From contig CAJFCJ010000001.1 of assembly GCA_904063045.1 (NCBI GenBank), forward strand, positions 2,046,001 to 2,110,000: a stretch of 64,000 bases of DNA. The letters run 5' to 3'. Each line of letters starts with the position of its first letter. Within the stretch, counting starts at the first letter, position 1. Source of the stretch: Dimorphilus gyrociliatus. Lineage: Eukaryota > Animalia > Annelida. The notes beneath the pieces are model-generated. The model worked only from the letters and a program-made list of their open reading frames with translations. It had not been told where the DNA came from and did no database searches. The translations under genes and the position numbers were made by a program. Positions 1-12,361 of this stretch are shown here, in pieces.

Positions 1-483
1 AGAAATCAATAACTTTATTATGTATCATTGGGTATTAATTTAGAGATTAAAAACAATAAAATTAACACATCGCCATTGGCTATTAATAGTAATAATTAAT
101 ATCCTCTAAAGGGAACAAAGAATCGATGCTTAAATATTCATAATTTTCATTCTATTTGGTTATAATGCACAAAATAGTAAATTCCTCCTGCTATAAATGC
201 TGATTTACATTAAAACCGCTTTTTTTTTTACTGGTTATAATTCAAACAACTTTATTTCTCTGCGAAATATTTATACGTGATTTATCACAAATTAAGTAGT
301 ATCAAACAAAGACTTATGCATTTCAAAGTTTTTTTCAAGTTATTTTACTCTGCTTTTATCATTACTTTAAAATAAACAGTAGCCCTATATTTATAATAAA
401 TAGATATTTCTTTTTATCAATAATTATTAACTCTTTTAAAGAGTTTCTATCATGTAATTATTATAAGAATTATTGTCTTTTAG

Positions 484-3400
484 AATTACTTAACAAGAAA
501 CCGGAAAATCTAGTAATGAATCAAGCTGATGGATATAAAAAGACCCAAGAACGTAGGGATATTATTGATAAAGCTCTTCCTCTTGTTGAAGATGGAAAAG
601 GATGTACGTCTATAGAGAAAATTAAGTTCAGACTTTTTAATAAAATAAAGAATTTATTTTTATTTAGATCGTTATAAAAGCGAATTTTGGAATCAACACG
701 AATGGTTTGGTGGAGAGGAGACGGGAATATTGTAAGAAAAAGATACAATTCATACTACGTCTATATCCAAGTTAAATTTTTTTTAGTGCCGCCTTATCGG
801 AATCCCAAAAAGGAAATCACCAGCCGATAGAAAAGGTTGGAGTTCCTCGTACTGTAATGAGAGAGAAGGGTATAGATCCTCTACTACCGCCTTCAACTCC
901 TAGTTCAAAACCTTGGCATCAAACTCAATATTTGAAAAAACGTCAAGAACAGTTGGCGGAACTAGTTCGAGAAATCGATCCATATGATCCGGTATATTTC
1001 TTTTTTTTTTTATACAATTTTTCATTCATAAACTCGTTTTAATTCTGTGCAATTAGCAATTTCAAACTTTGGAAGTAATTGGCTCTAATAAGCCGGTTGA
1101 GATCGATAGACTAGAACTGAAAAGTAGGGAAACAACTTTTACTAGATCCGAAAACCAAATGGGCGATATAGGCGATATTTTGACCGAGTCTGTATTCAAA
1201 TTCATAATAAATTGTTTATTTTACAGTTATTATACTGTAAATATCTGCTTTATAGCGATCCTCTAGCGGGAATACCAGATATCCCAGCACCTGTTCAAGG
1301 ACCTTCTATCGTTATAGAAGGTAAACAGTTAGACTGGGAGGGAGATAGTCACTCAAAGTCTGATGAGACTGCATTAGTGGCAAGAGTTGTCTTTGAATGT
1401 ATTTCTGGAGAGAGGAAAACGGAAATGTTCCAAGTAAAAAACAATGGATCAACAGCTATTTACTACAATTGGAACGTAAGTTTAGCAAATAACTCAGCTG
1501 TTTTCTATCAATATGCAAAAAGTATTAATTTATATTTTTAATTATAAAGAAAATTGAAAAATCAAATCCATTTGATCAAGTTAATCGGAAGATTCAAAGA
1601 TTTTATTTTAATACAAATGGAGGTAACCTATATTTTCTACAAAATAGTAAACTATAATTCAAATATATCTATGAATTTCAGGAGTTATTTTGCCAGGAGA
1701 TACCAAAAGATTCCCTATCGTATTTAAATCTAGCAATTACGGTATCTTCTCAGAGACTTGGCAGTTTCATACCCATCCTGTTGTGGCGTCAGGAGCAAGT
1801 ATTTTTGTAACTTTGAAAGGAGTCGCCCTTCAGGTTGACAAGTATGAAAAAGAGAGAAAGGACTTAGAGATTATGCTTACGCACAAAGAAGCTGAAGAAA
1901 CTGTTGGAATGATTTTAGAGAGTATTTTAAATGGAGTTAGAACACCAGAGAGGCCAGCGACGCCTATAGACGCGTACTTGACTGAAGCAGAGGAGTTTAA
2001 AAGAAAGAATCCGACGCTTCTCTACTCCAGTGATACGATTGAAAAATTGAAATTAATTTACAAATCTACGCTACCCCCAACCGAAACAGAAGAAGCAGTT
2101 TGGGATCTGCGCATTGACACTATCAGACAGGCAAGAAATTTAATTGATTGATAGCGTGTAGAATATGTTTTAGCCATTCTGTTAAAATTGCAGGCAATAC
2201 TGTCGATACCAGAAGAGGAGGACAGGAAGCAGGATATTCTGAGCCAATTTAATCAGCATGTTTTTGCTTTATCTCTTAAACCTGTGACGCCAATAAGCGA
2301 GTTGCTTTATCAACATGCGTTAGTGGTCTCATCCATTATTAACATGATTTACTAATAGCTTACTTAATTTACCGATAGATATTCTATTATTTGTGACATG
2401 GTTGATCGCATATCATCGACTGTATCTGGCGTAAGACACCAACTAGGGCTACCTGATACAGACACAGGAGATAGTGTTAGCCGTAAGTAGAGAACTTTAA
2501 CAAATCGTCTGCCCTGCCAGCATTTACAATATTAGAATCATTGATTTGTGGAAACATCCATAAGAAGCCTAATCCTTATCGTTTACAATGAATAATTATT
2601 AAAAATAATATTTATAATCCTTAGACATATTAGAATTAATCGATTGAACCATAACCTTTTCAACCAGTTAACCCCTTACAACCTGAACTCGAAATGGCAG
2701 ACAGCCTAGTTTCACTATCCTCAGATGGTAATTTTAACAAAATATTTCCAGCATGTATTGCACCGAAATTTCTCATTAGATTTTAAAAGTTAAATAATTA
2801 AATAATTGCCAATGATTAAGCACCAACTCAGCATCTTTTAAGCACGATCATTTCCTTTATCGACTCGCCGAGTAATTTTACAACCCCCATCCCTTGGCAC
2901 ATCGATTCCCGCTTTTATGATTTAATAATTTATAGTTATTTTATTTATTTTATTATATTTTTTTTATGTCTTTCAGCTGTTGTCTTCTTTAGTTTCTAAT
3001 TTTACTTATTTTCATTGCATTTTCCTTCCCCCAAGGCAAACTATTAGTATATATAAGTTAGAAAAGCGCAAATAGCGTTTCTAAATATCCTATTACTAAT
3101 AATAACTTTGTTTTTGTTACACTTGTGAAATATTTTTTTCTTATTCGCTTTTAAACAGCAAAACACGGTTTTAACAGTAGAGAATCGAGCAGATCTGGTT
3201 TTTGTAAGTAAAACAAACAAGTACAGTAAAAATAGTAAAAATAAAGAATTAACAAATTCTGGGAAAAGATAATCGTTCTCTACTTTTTTTCTACTGTTTT
3301 CAATTATCGGATGTGTACTAAATATTGTACACATTGTATACTTTAAACTTTTCTAAATCTTCCACCTCCAATTTCTTAAAATAAGGTGTTTCGGAACTAT

Positions 3401-4456
3401 TGTTCTATTTTCTATATATATATTTATATATAAACTGTATTATTCTATACATTTCACCTTTTTTTTAAAAATGTTGTTTCCTATTTTGTTTATTTCTTTT
3501 ATAATATGTAACAGCCACACCTCGTCCGTTAACGAGAAATAAAACGGATACCTCATCAAAACCGGGAACCAGTAAGTCATGTAGGGGGAATGATAACTGA
3601 AGCACTGCAATAAGAGTTATAAATTATTCCTGAAATGTTACTAATTCACTGGAAAGGGCCTATTCTTACTTTGTTATTTATTATTTTCAAAAGAAAGTCT
3701 CTAGTAAAAGCTAAACTAATCTTAAAATCGAAACAAGAAATAGTCAAACTTTCTTCTAAGATTGGTTGAGGGAAACTATAAACAAACTATAAAAAACTTC
3801 ACCTTAGAATTATGTGTTTTGGTTACTTTCATTATTGATTGCTTTTGCACAATGATTTCACACTTCTTAACAATTGTCATTATTATGTTAAATATTTATA
3901 TCTTTTCAATTACAATTAACTTTTATACATCAGATCATTATATTTGAATAGGTGAGGGTAAAAAACAATCTGCGCCATCTGGTGGAAAAAAAGGTGTCAA
4001 GGAGAAGCCAAGCAAAGGTGGTAAAGAGGTCGGTTGATTGATTTTATATACAATATTTGTATAGTTTATCAATGATAATAGTCGATTATGAAAAGACTAA
4101 ACTGCTCTTTTTTATATAGCCTCGAGCCCAAACAAGAGGAGCAGTAACCCCAAAATCTAGGTCTGTCGACAAAATAGCGTCCTCTACGGGTGGAACAATT
4201 ATTTCCTCGCCAACTCCTCCCACCGCTGATCCCTTGTTAGCCATAAAATACAAGGAAAGAGTATACACTCAGGTTTGAAAAAATAACTGTCTAACACGTT
4301 TTCATAGCTTATTTTGATTCCGAAATTATAAGTAGAAATAACATTGATTTTATACAGGCCTACATGGTTTTCTACGAAACGATAGACCGCATGACAGGAA
4401 TATTCGAAGGAGTGTACGAAACAGAGAGCCAATTAAACAGCAATCATTGCCTCTGA
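484..4456 (+). CDS. MYCBPAP: MYCBP-associated protein (multi-exon, 5' end lies before the window)
   Basis: Spliced exons give LLNKKPENLVMNQADGYKKTQERRDIIDKALP, SEFWNQHEWFGGEETG, VKNNGSTAIYYNW, ILPGDTKRFPIVFKS...WQFHTHP and C-terminal KYKERVYTQAYMVFYETIDRM. These match recalled MYCBPAP blocks. GT-AG introns of about 55-65 bp, one GC-AG intron (2131-2193), stop TGA at 4454-4456. Confidence 0.9.
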
Positions 4457-4829
4457 TCAGTAGATTATACTCTCCGTCCAAAGATTTGATTATTTCCTCT
4501 AGCACACTATAATTTCTTTTCTTAAATTACACATCATCTATTTGAATAAACAAAGATATATTCTATATTGTTGTTACATTGACGATTATACAAGTTCAAA
4601 AGTAATTGAAAAGTTTTCATTCTATTCTAGACAAAAACTTCTTCTTTCACCTTCAAACATACGTCATTAGGTCTTGAATATTTATTTAAATTTAAATATA
4701 TTCATATATATATATATAGATATATATATGGATTTTATACTATTAAAGCAATTATCAACCTCCCTAAAATAAATATTAAAATATAACCTATTTTTAAAAA
4801 AAAAAGAAATTATTAAGTATAAAATCATA

Positions 4830-7172
4830 ATGAGCGAATCAACTCAAAAATCTGAAGTAATCGTTGATAAAACTGATATGAAATTTGTAAATTTGACTAA
4901 ATTTGAAAGAAAGTCTACAAATTGTGGAAAATTTAAAATTCGAAAGGGAAAGGATAAAAAACATAAAAGAACTCATGTGATTGATAATTCATCTTTTAAA
5001 ATTGTTAATAATGATGATAATATTCATAAAAGTAGTAAAAATGTAAAGATTTAATTATTCGTTTATAAAGAAAATATAACGTATAACATATTCTATTTAT
5101 TCAACACTCAACAGGGTTTCTTCGGAATTCCTAACCAATTAAACATTAATTATATTTCGAATATACATACTACTATAACAAGAAATTTAAAATCAGAAGC
5201 TCGATTATCTAATGAAAATCATAATTCAAATATAGTTCACGATGAGGGAAGATTTAGAAAGAAGATAGAAGATGAAGAAACAGATGTGCTAAAAGAAAAT
5301 GCACTTACGATCGAGACGATAAAACCGGAAAAAAAAGTTGTAAAGCCATTTCCTGTTTGTTTTGGAATTCCTGTTGAGAAAAAACAAAATAGAGAATCTA
5401 AAGGAGAAGAGTTAATGAATAATAAGAATAGTACTACTAATTCGCAAGATTCATTCGTCAAAAACGCCTGTTTTAGGAAGAATGAGCTGAATTTACTATT
5501 CAACACTTCAAGTATTTAATTTATTGATTTCATTGAAATTTTTCCATTTTATCATAACATATTCATTATAGAAAATAACAGTTGCCCAATAAACAATTTT
5601 GGCATTGACCTAATGCAAAATAAAAGGGAATGTAATCAAATGCAAGCTCTCTTATCGGGCGATTGGACGCAGGAGGAGAATTTAGCTAAATTAAATAAAT
5701 TAAATAATACAAATCAACATATTAAAACTGAATCTTTGGACAAAGATAGCGAAAGAGGTTGTTGTATAGTAAAAGAAAATCATCAACATAATTTTAGCGG
5801 ATCAAAATTACTAGGTCAAAGATGTGCTGAAGGTGATTATATCGTCAAGTCTAATCAAATATACAACGACCAGGCTAAGAAAATGAAGAATAATGAAAAT
5901 ATACAAAATTATTATATGATAAGAGAGAATAAATTCAAAGGTAGACCGACAGGAAAAATCATTTATACTTTGAATAGACATCCTTTACAGTCTCATGAAA
6001 GATTAATAGAATTTAGAGGTATTGTAAGTGAAACTAAAGGAGAATCGGCAGAAGAAGAAAATCGAGAAATGAATGATTGTATTGAAAAAAATAAGTTAAG
6101 TTTCAAAGATGAAGAGATAAAGAAAGAAATAGGAGAAAAGCTTGAATCCGATTGTCGAACGAACAAGTTTAATAAATCTAAATTTTCCTTTGAAAATCAT
6201 GTAAGGAAACCTGCTAGGATACCGTCAAGAATTCAACGTCTTTGTCGGCGTCGTCAAAATAATGAACATATTCCACCTATACAAATAAACTGCAACAATA
6301 TTTCAAAAGAATGTATCGGAAGAAACAGCAACTTAAAGCTGAAAACTATCGAAAAAATCGAAGAGGATATTTCTATAATTCGAAATAAAGGTTTGTAACA
6401 GAAAATTTAATTAAACTATTGATCTCCTTCCGGGGGTTTCATTGTTCTATTTACTCGATTAAAATTAATTAAAAAATTACTCCTCTTCCTTTTCTTTTCT
6501 ATTCTTTTATTCTACTATACCATTTGTATTTTTAAAATAGATTTAGAGATAAAACAGGATGAACCCGTACTAAGCGCATACGATTACCGAAATACTAAAA
6601 TTGAAACTAATCCACCTATTGATCAATCACCTATTGTAAAAGTTAAAGACGCTGTCTTACAGTACGAGAAAATAAATAGAAATAAGCAGCAAAAGGTAAA
6701 CTCATTAATAAGTTATACCTTTCAACAGTAATGAGTATATAAAATGCAGTATATGCTGTATATATATATTACTAATATATATTTTCTTAGTTGGTATGCT
6801 TTAAAAAAAACTTCATATATTTTAATATAAACCATTGATCTATTGATTAATCTCTTCACCTCCCATATTGTTATTGTTTCTTTAAAGGTTAAAAGGGTAC
6901 TTGAATTGAAAAAGTTTAGTCCACAAGGGATAGTTAACTCTATTGGACGTCCGGAAGAGAAAAATTTTCAATTGACAAATGTTCAGAGCGCCCCTAATCT
7001 AGAGAATACGTTAGAAACTCTGGTAGACACCAATCAATGCCAATTAAGTAGGGAAACAATTTATCTAAATACTTCAAAAGTGATATCATTTAATGGTGAT
7101 GAGAAGATAATTTCAAATAAAGCCTTTAATCGTGTTCTGTCAATTACCGCAAGATGTCCAAATACAGTTTGA
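4830..7172 (+). CDS. Uncharacterised K/N/E-rich protein, about 600 aa, probably 5 exons
   Basis: ORFs 4830-5054, 5286-5519, 5613-6398, an exon at about 6541-6694 and ORF 6843-7172 can be joined through GT-AG introns. The first junction is the least certain. No recognisable domain. Confidence 0.6.
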
Positions 7173-7266
7173 TGACTATAAATACATCAATATAGTGTAT
7201 ATTTATATATAAATATGTCTAAAATTAAAGTCATGCAGAAGCCTCGACTGCTTCACCCGTTTCTTT

Positions 7267-8467
7267 TTATAACTTATATTGATACTTCCACAAACAATAA
7301 TTGTTTATGTCTTGAAGGCTTTTATAACCACACATAGCCATATTTGCGTCTAAATCTTTGGTTAATATGTGAAAAGTGTCGATAATCCCTTGAATACCCT
7401 AAGGAAAAAGTTCTTATTAAAAGATTAGAACATTTGTTTGCTATTGCCTTTCTTACATTAACTACTAAACCGCTTATAACAGGTCTGCCTAGGAAGACCA
7501 TATCAGCGCCCAGAGCTAAACATTTCAGAACGTCGCTTCCGCTTCTTATTCCACCGTCTATGAAAAGGGGTATACCGTAACGCTTAACGACAGGACTAAT
7601 AATTTCTAAGGCTTCGACGGTTGGTGGGCAGTCTGACATTTGACGACCGCCGTGATTCGAAATCCATATAGCTGATACACCACTATTGATGGCCTCGATT
7701 GCATTTTGAGGTGTTAAAATTCCTTTTACAATAACAGGCAAATTAGTCTTCTGCTTAAATTGCTTAACATCTTCCCATGTATAAGAACCGTCGAAGGCGC
7801 TGCCATTCACTATTAACATTTCATCATCAGCAAAGATTTGTCTTAGCGAATTAGGTTGAGGATTTTTTAAGCGTAGTTTTTGAGAATATGGTTTATTGGG
7901 ATGTAGTACCGGCATATCTATAGTTATAACAAAACCTTTAACACCTGCTCTTTCGAATCTCTTCATAAGATCGAATGTTGCATTTTTATCTTTTATAAAC
8001 TGGATTTGAGCCAAATGAAAACCATTAACAGTAGATTTAACAATATTCTCTATAGCTACATTTGAAAACATGCTAATTACATAAGGTATGCCTAAACTTT
8101 CAGCTGCCTTGGCTGTTGCTAATTCTCCGCTTGGATGAACTAGCTCATGAGAAGCTGTTGGACTTATACCAAGAGGAAAAGGAAAAGATTCTTTGAATAG
8201 TTTTAACTCCATATTACGATTTGTAACATCTTTACAGATGTTAGGACAAAGAAGGAGCCTGTTTCGAAAAGATATTTGATAATTTCATATGGCTGTTTCA
8301 TCAAAATTATCGAAATATATTAACCTTTCTAGAGCAAATTTATTTCTCTCAACAACCTTACCGTTATTTGTATCGCCGTAGAAAGAAAAATACAAATCTG
8401 AGCTGAGTTTTTCTTTAGCTCTTTCCTCAAATTCGGCCAAAGATCTTAGTTCCGTAGAATTCTCCAT
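7267..8467 (-). CDS. HAO1: FMN-dependent alpha-hydroxy acid oxidase (HAO/glycolate oxidase family), divergent active site
   Basis: Motifs SPTA, HPSGE, IVKG, SNHGGRQ, DGGIRSGSD and GRP are present. Introns 8259-8324 and 7399-7456. The last exon ends ...WKYQYKL, stop at 7267-7269. Confidence 0.9.
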
Positions 8468-8789
8468 TGATAAATTTGTTTGTCAAATAAACAAGGCAAA
8501 TAGAACTTAAACCGTTTATTTCGTTCTTTTTTTAATCGATTTCGAAAAAAACAGTTCTTTCAACAAGAAAAACATTGAATTTGTAATATAAGAAATCAAC
8601 AATGGAAAACTTCTTCAATAAGACAAAGGCACGCAATTGACAGCTGAAATCAATATGTCTCTTTTCTATTCTATTTAAAAAAAGACCACACAATTTCATA
8701 TGACAAAAAAATGTCCCATAAGTTTTTGTCGCTCGGGTTAAATAATACTATTACAGAGATGATTAAATAAGAAAGTACAAAAAATAAGG

Positions 8790-8792
<3 letters not shown>

Positions 8793-8830
<38 letters not shown>

Positions 8831-8876
8831 AGATAGAGATAGAGATGTATAGAGAGAGAGAGAGAGAGGAGAGAGA
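8793..8876. repeat. Compound (GA)n microsatellite
   Basis: Two AG runs (8793-8826 and 8851-8876) between the MYORG-like 3' end and the HAO-like 5' end. Confidence 0.95.
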
Positions 8877-9088
8877 AAACAGCAGCTAGCCCAAAAGTCT
8901 TAATCTCCTCTTCACTCCTCCTTTTCTTTTAATCATTTTCACTTATCCTACACTCCTTATATTCTTCTATTAGTTAGGTAACGAATTATGTAGTGTTTTT
9001 TAAGTGATAGGTAAATTTATTATAGTTGTTTTTTAACCCTATCGATATTTGCTTAGTGTTTTTTCTTTTAAAGAAACTAGGTCTACGC

Positions 9089-11032
9089 TCAACGAGCAAG
9101 CCTCTCAAACACCGCAATTTCGCTTAAGCTTATGGCTAAATTCTTCAAATGTAGACCTTCCGTTGTAACATTGTATAGTTTTCTGTTAATCAAACATTTC
9201 CATTGGCCCTCAGGTAAATAAATATCCCTTGACCTTTGAAAACTATTCAAAATAGGGGCGATAAGAAATTTATCACCCAATAAGAATTGATCATAGGTTT
9301 TTAACGCCGTTAAGTCATTGGGAGCAATCCACCATAAAGGTCTAACAAGAGGTATAAGTCTTCTTGTTGCATTGGTAGAAAGTTTTCTTAACATAGGTAA
9401 GACTAGCGTTTGTCTATAATGTAAGCAGTTCTTGAAGGCTTCATGAACACGATCGTCCTTGACTGCATCAGGTATAGTTCCAAGATGCATAACTGGCATC
9501 CAAGTAACTAATTGTATTTGCCTAATAAATACTTCGGTTTCTACATGATATTTATGAAAGGCTCCTGTAATAAAGAAAGGATAACCGAGAATTCCTAGTT
9601 GTAGGGCGGTTGCTATAATATAAGTTGAGTTTCTATCGGATAATTTTAACCAGATGGCCTTTGGAAAGACATTATTTTGATAAATTGTTGTCACGTAGAT
9701 AATCTTGGTCATATCTGAACCAAATTTCGAAAACGACTTAGAATAAGTAGTAGGTTCTACGAAATCATCGTAAAATTTAGCTTCAAATGGCAATCCTTCA
9801 ACAAAGCCTCCTCGAAGTGATATATAATCGATGGGATTAGCCTTTAACAAGCGATCAATAGTATTGCTTATCCACATTGTAGACGCCTTATGCATATCAA
9901 ATACACCCGAGTAAGTATTATTATCAACGCAGAGGCCTGGTACGTTACCTCCAGCATCCCTAACAAATAAATGAGGCAATTTGGCAAAGTTATCAGATCG
10001 AATGTGAACATAAGTTGATAATTCCAAATTTGTTTGAATACCTTTAGATTTAACTATGGAGAAAATGTTGGTTACATTTTTATATTTTTCCTTATCAAAA
10101 GTAAAATCTCCTATGTATTTTTCCCATTTATTATCAAGATTTATGATATTTCTATATTTACTATAGAATTTTGATATTAATCTGGAAAATTTAATCAATT
10201 TTTTGCTATTACATTCTTCTCTGCAAAATTTCTCCATTGACCATAAAATTGAATTAAAGAGCTTACTATTCGCTAATTTTCTATGTTTTAAACCATTTTT
10301 TGCCCATTCAGTATCAATTGTATGCAAGTGAATTTGTTTTATATCCTTTCCTGTACAAATTCTATAAGAGATGCTCGAGTTGGCAGGAACATTTGTACGT
10401 AATTTAATACTTAATTCGTCTACTTCATATTCAACTGGATAAGGCGAAGTATAGATTAAAGATACCCCCCTGGCCGTAATCCAGTAGCGTTCTAATGCTT
10501 CTGAATAACGGCCCGTGGTAAATAAACGTTTGCTCCTATGTTTCTTATTTATAGGCCATTGTTGATCCTTTGATAAACTCCCGCCGTACCATGCATCGCT
10601 CTCCTGCGTTATTTCGAAGATATCTTCAAACTTCAAAGCATTCTCGAAAGCCGTCCATGATATATCATAGCAACCTATATTTTTTTTAATCACGTGACTT
10701 ATTGTTAAATTGGCAATTTTTCTCCATATTAAGCAAAGATTTTTTAAGCGATTATTTGTTGTGCAATCAAATGGAAGATCAGTGGTGATATCTGAGCCAA
10801 ATCGAGCAAAAAGTAAAAGTTTATGTTCTAAATCTTCAACTTTTAATAAACGTTCATTTTCAATAAATTTAATTCTAATGTTCAGTTCAAGATTTTCCCT
10901 CTTTTCATTATACAGATAATAGATAAGGGCAACTCCAACAACTATAGATATCAATATAAAAATAACTAAAAGTTTTATTCCATATCCTCTCTTCTTTTGC
11001 CAGGGATTCTTCTTATAAGATTTAGATTTCAT
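9089..11032 (-). CDS. MYORG: Myogenesis-regulating glycosidase-like GH31 type II membrane protein, intronless, nucleophile substituted
   Basis: 647-aa ORF with a basic N-terminus and one TM helix. GH31 motifs WYGG, ERYWITARG, LDNKWE..GDFTFD, LGILGYPF, PLVRPLWWIAP, DQFLLGDKFLIAPIL and RDIYLPEGQW. Confidence 0.88.
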   Translation of the reverse strand: MKSKSYKKNPWQKKRGYGIKLLVIFILISIVVGVALIYYLYNEKRENLELNIRIKFIENERLLKVEDLEHKLLLFARFGSDITTDLPFDCTTNNRLKNLCLIWRKIANLTISHVIKKNIGCYDISWTAFENALKFEDIFEITQESDAWYGGSLSKDQQWPINKKHRSKRLFTTGRYSEALERYWITARGVSLIYTSPYPVEYEVDELSIKLRTNVPANSSISYRICTGKDIKQIHLHTIDTEWAKNGLKHRKLANSKLFNSILWSMEKFCREECNSKKLIKFSRLISKFYSKYRNIINLDNKWEKYIGDFTFDKEKYKNVTNIFSIVKSKGIQTNLELSTYVHIRSDNFAKLPHLFVRDAGGNVPGLCVDNNTYSGVFDMHKASTMWISNTIDRLLKANPIDYISLRGGFVEGLPFEAKFYDDFVEPTTYSKSFSKFGSDMTKIIYVTTIYQNNVFPKAIWLKLSDRNSTYIIATALQLGILGYPFFITGAFHKYHVETEVFIRQIQLVTWMPVMHLGTIPDAVKDDRVHEAFKNCLHYRQTLVLPMLRKLSTNATRRLIPLVRPLWWIAPNDLTALKTYDQFLLGDKFLIAPILNSFQRSRDIYLPEGQWKCLINRKLYNVTTEGLHLKNLAISLSEIAVFERLAR

Positions 11033-12361
11033 CTATTGGAAGAGTGAGAAGAAAAGAAAACCCTATTATTATAATTCTAATTTGTTGTTTTCATTTAACT
11101 TACAACTGCAAAATATTCTTTTGAATCACTGTCATCATCTTCCATAATAGTTGTGGAGTGTTTTCCAATCTTTTATCAGGAAGATATAAAGACAAAATTA
11201 AAAAAAGATAAAGAAATAGTTAAGTTTTTTTAATATTTAATTTTAAATAGAAAATAGATAATTCAATCACCTTTCTTTTCTCTTTCTCACCGCCTTCTAC
11301 GTTCAAATATTGAACAGTAACACGAACACTGTCGCGTTTATTGCCTTCCATTATTTAATAGAATTGTATATAAATAAAAACCAATCGAATTCATTCAACG
11401 AAATGACAATAGCTACAATAACGTAATGAAATGATCTGCATCATTTATGACCAGACACGGCAGTGAAAATGAAGGTATAAAGGTAGGGCGCCGTATAGTT
11501 TAGCGTGTAGACTGTTTATTGCAGTTTTTGCTGCATTCCTGCAATTTTCTGCATGCAGTATCGACTGACTACCTCGTTAAATGTTTACTCTTTCTGTAAG
11601 CAAACATTTTCCTTTCGCTTGTTTACTACTGTTTTCTATTATATATTTCTCCTTTGTTTAAAAAAACCTTTAAATCAAACAATTCGTCGAATTCCTTATT
11701 GTTTATATAGTGAAAATACTATTGGAATAGATTACTTTATAGTTGAAGGAGGTTAAATTTATTGCTGTTCGCAGAATGCCATTGAAGAATGGAAAGACGC
11801 GAAAAATCGTGTGTAGTTTCTGTTTCTGTTTTCAATAGATTCAATTCATTCTTTATTTACACATAAAATATAATCATAGCTAAATAATATTATATTTTCC
11901 ATATTTTAATTAAAGAAAGCGCTTTTTGCAGTTAAAGTTATCGTGCGAAAAATGCCGATTGAAAAGTTTGCAAAATCTGGTATAGCGCTCGAAATATCAT
12001 ATGATTGCTTATATATTGATAGGCACTTAGATACCGCTCTAATTTATACGCCATCTTGTTTGTTTTGAGATCGAAGCTCTAAGAATTTTCTTGCTTTTAC
12101 TTGGGATTAATCTTATATTATTTCATAGACTCTTATCGATAAAACAGGAGCCTTCCTCTTCGTATGAATTTGTAACTGTCAAATAAAAAATGATCACAGT
12201 CGCTGATCTAATAACATGATCAGTTGGAAATCGGTTGTTAAGGGCGAGAAGAAGTGGGAAAATTTTGATTGGAATTTGAAACGAATAAATAACGTCTTAT
12301 TTTTTATGGTTTATCATTACGAAGCAATAAATTAAGAAGAACTATACAGCACATCAGTAAA

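Noticed and set aside
11776-11840. Fourth possible FAM149 first exon (MPLKNGKTRKIV)
   Set aside because: The only phase-2 donor is a weak GTGTAG; it may be 5' UTR.
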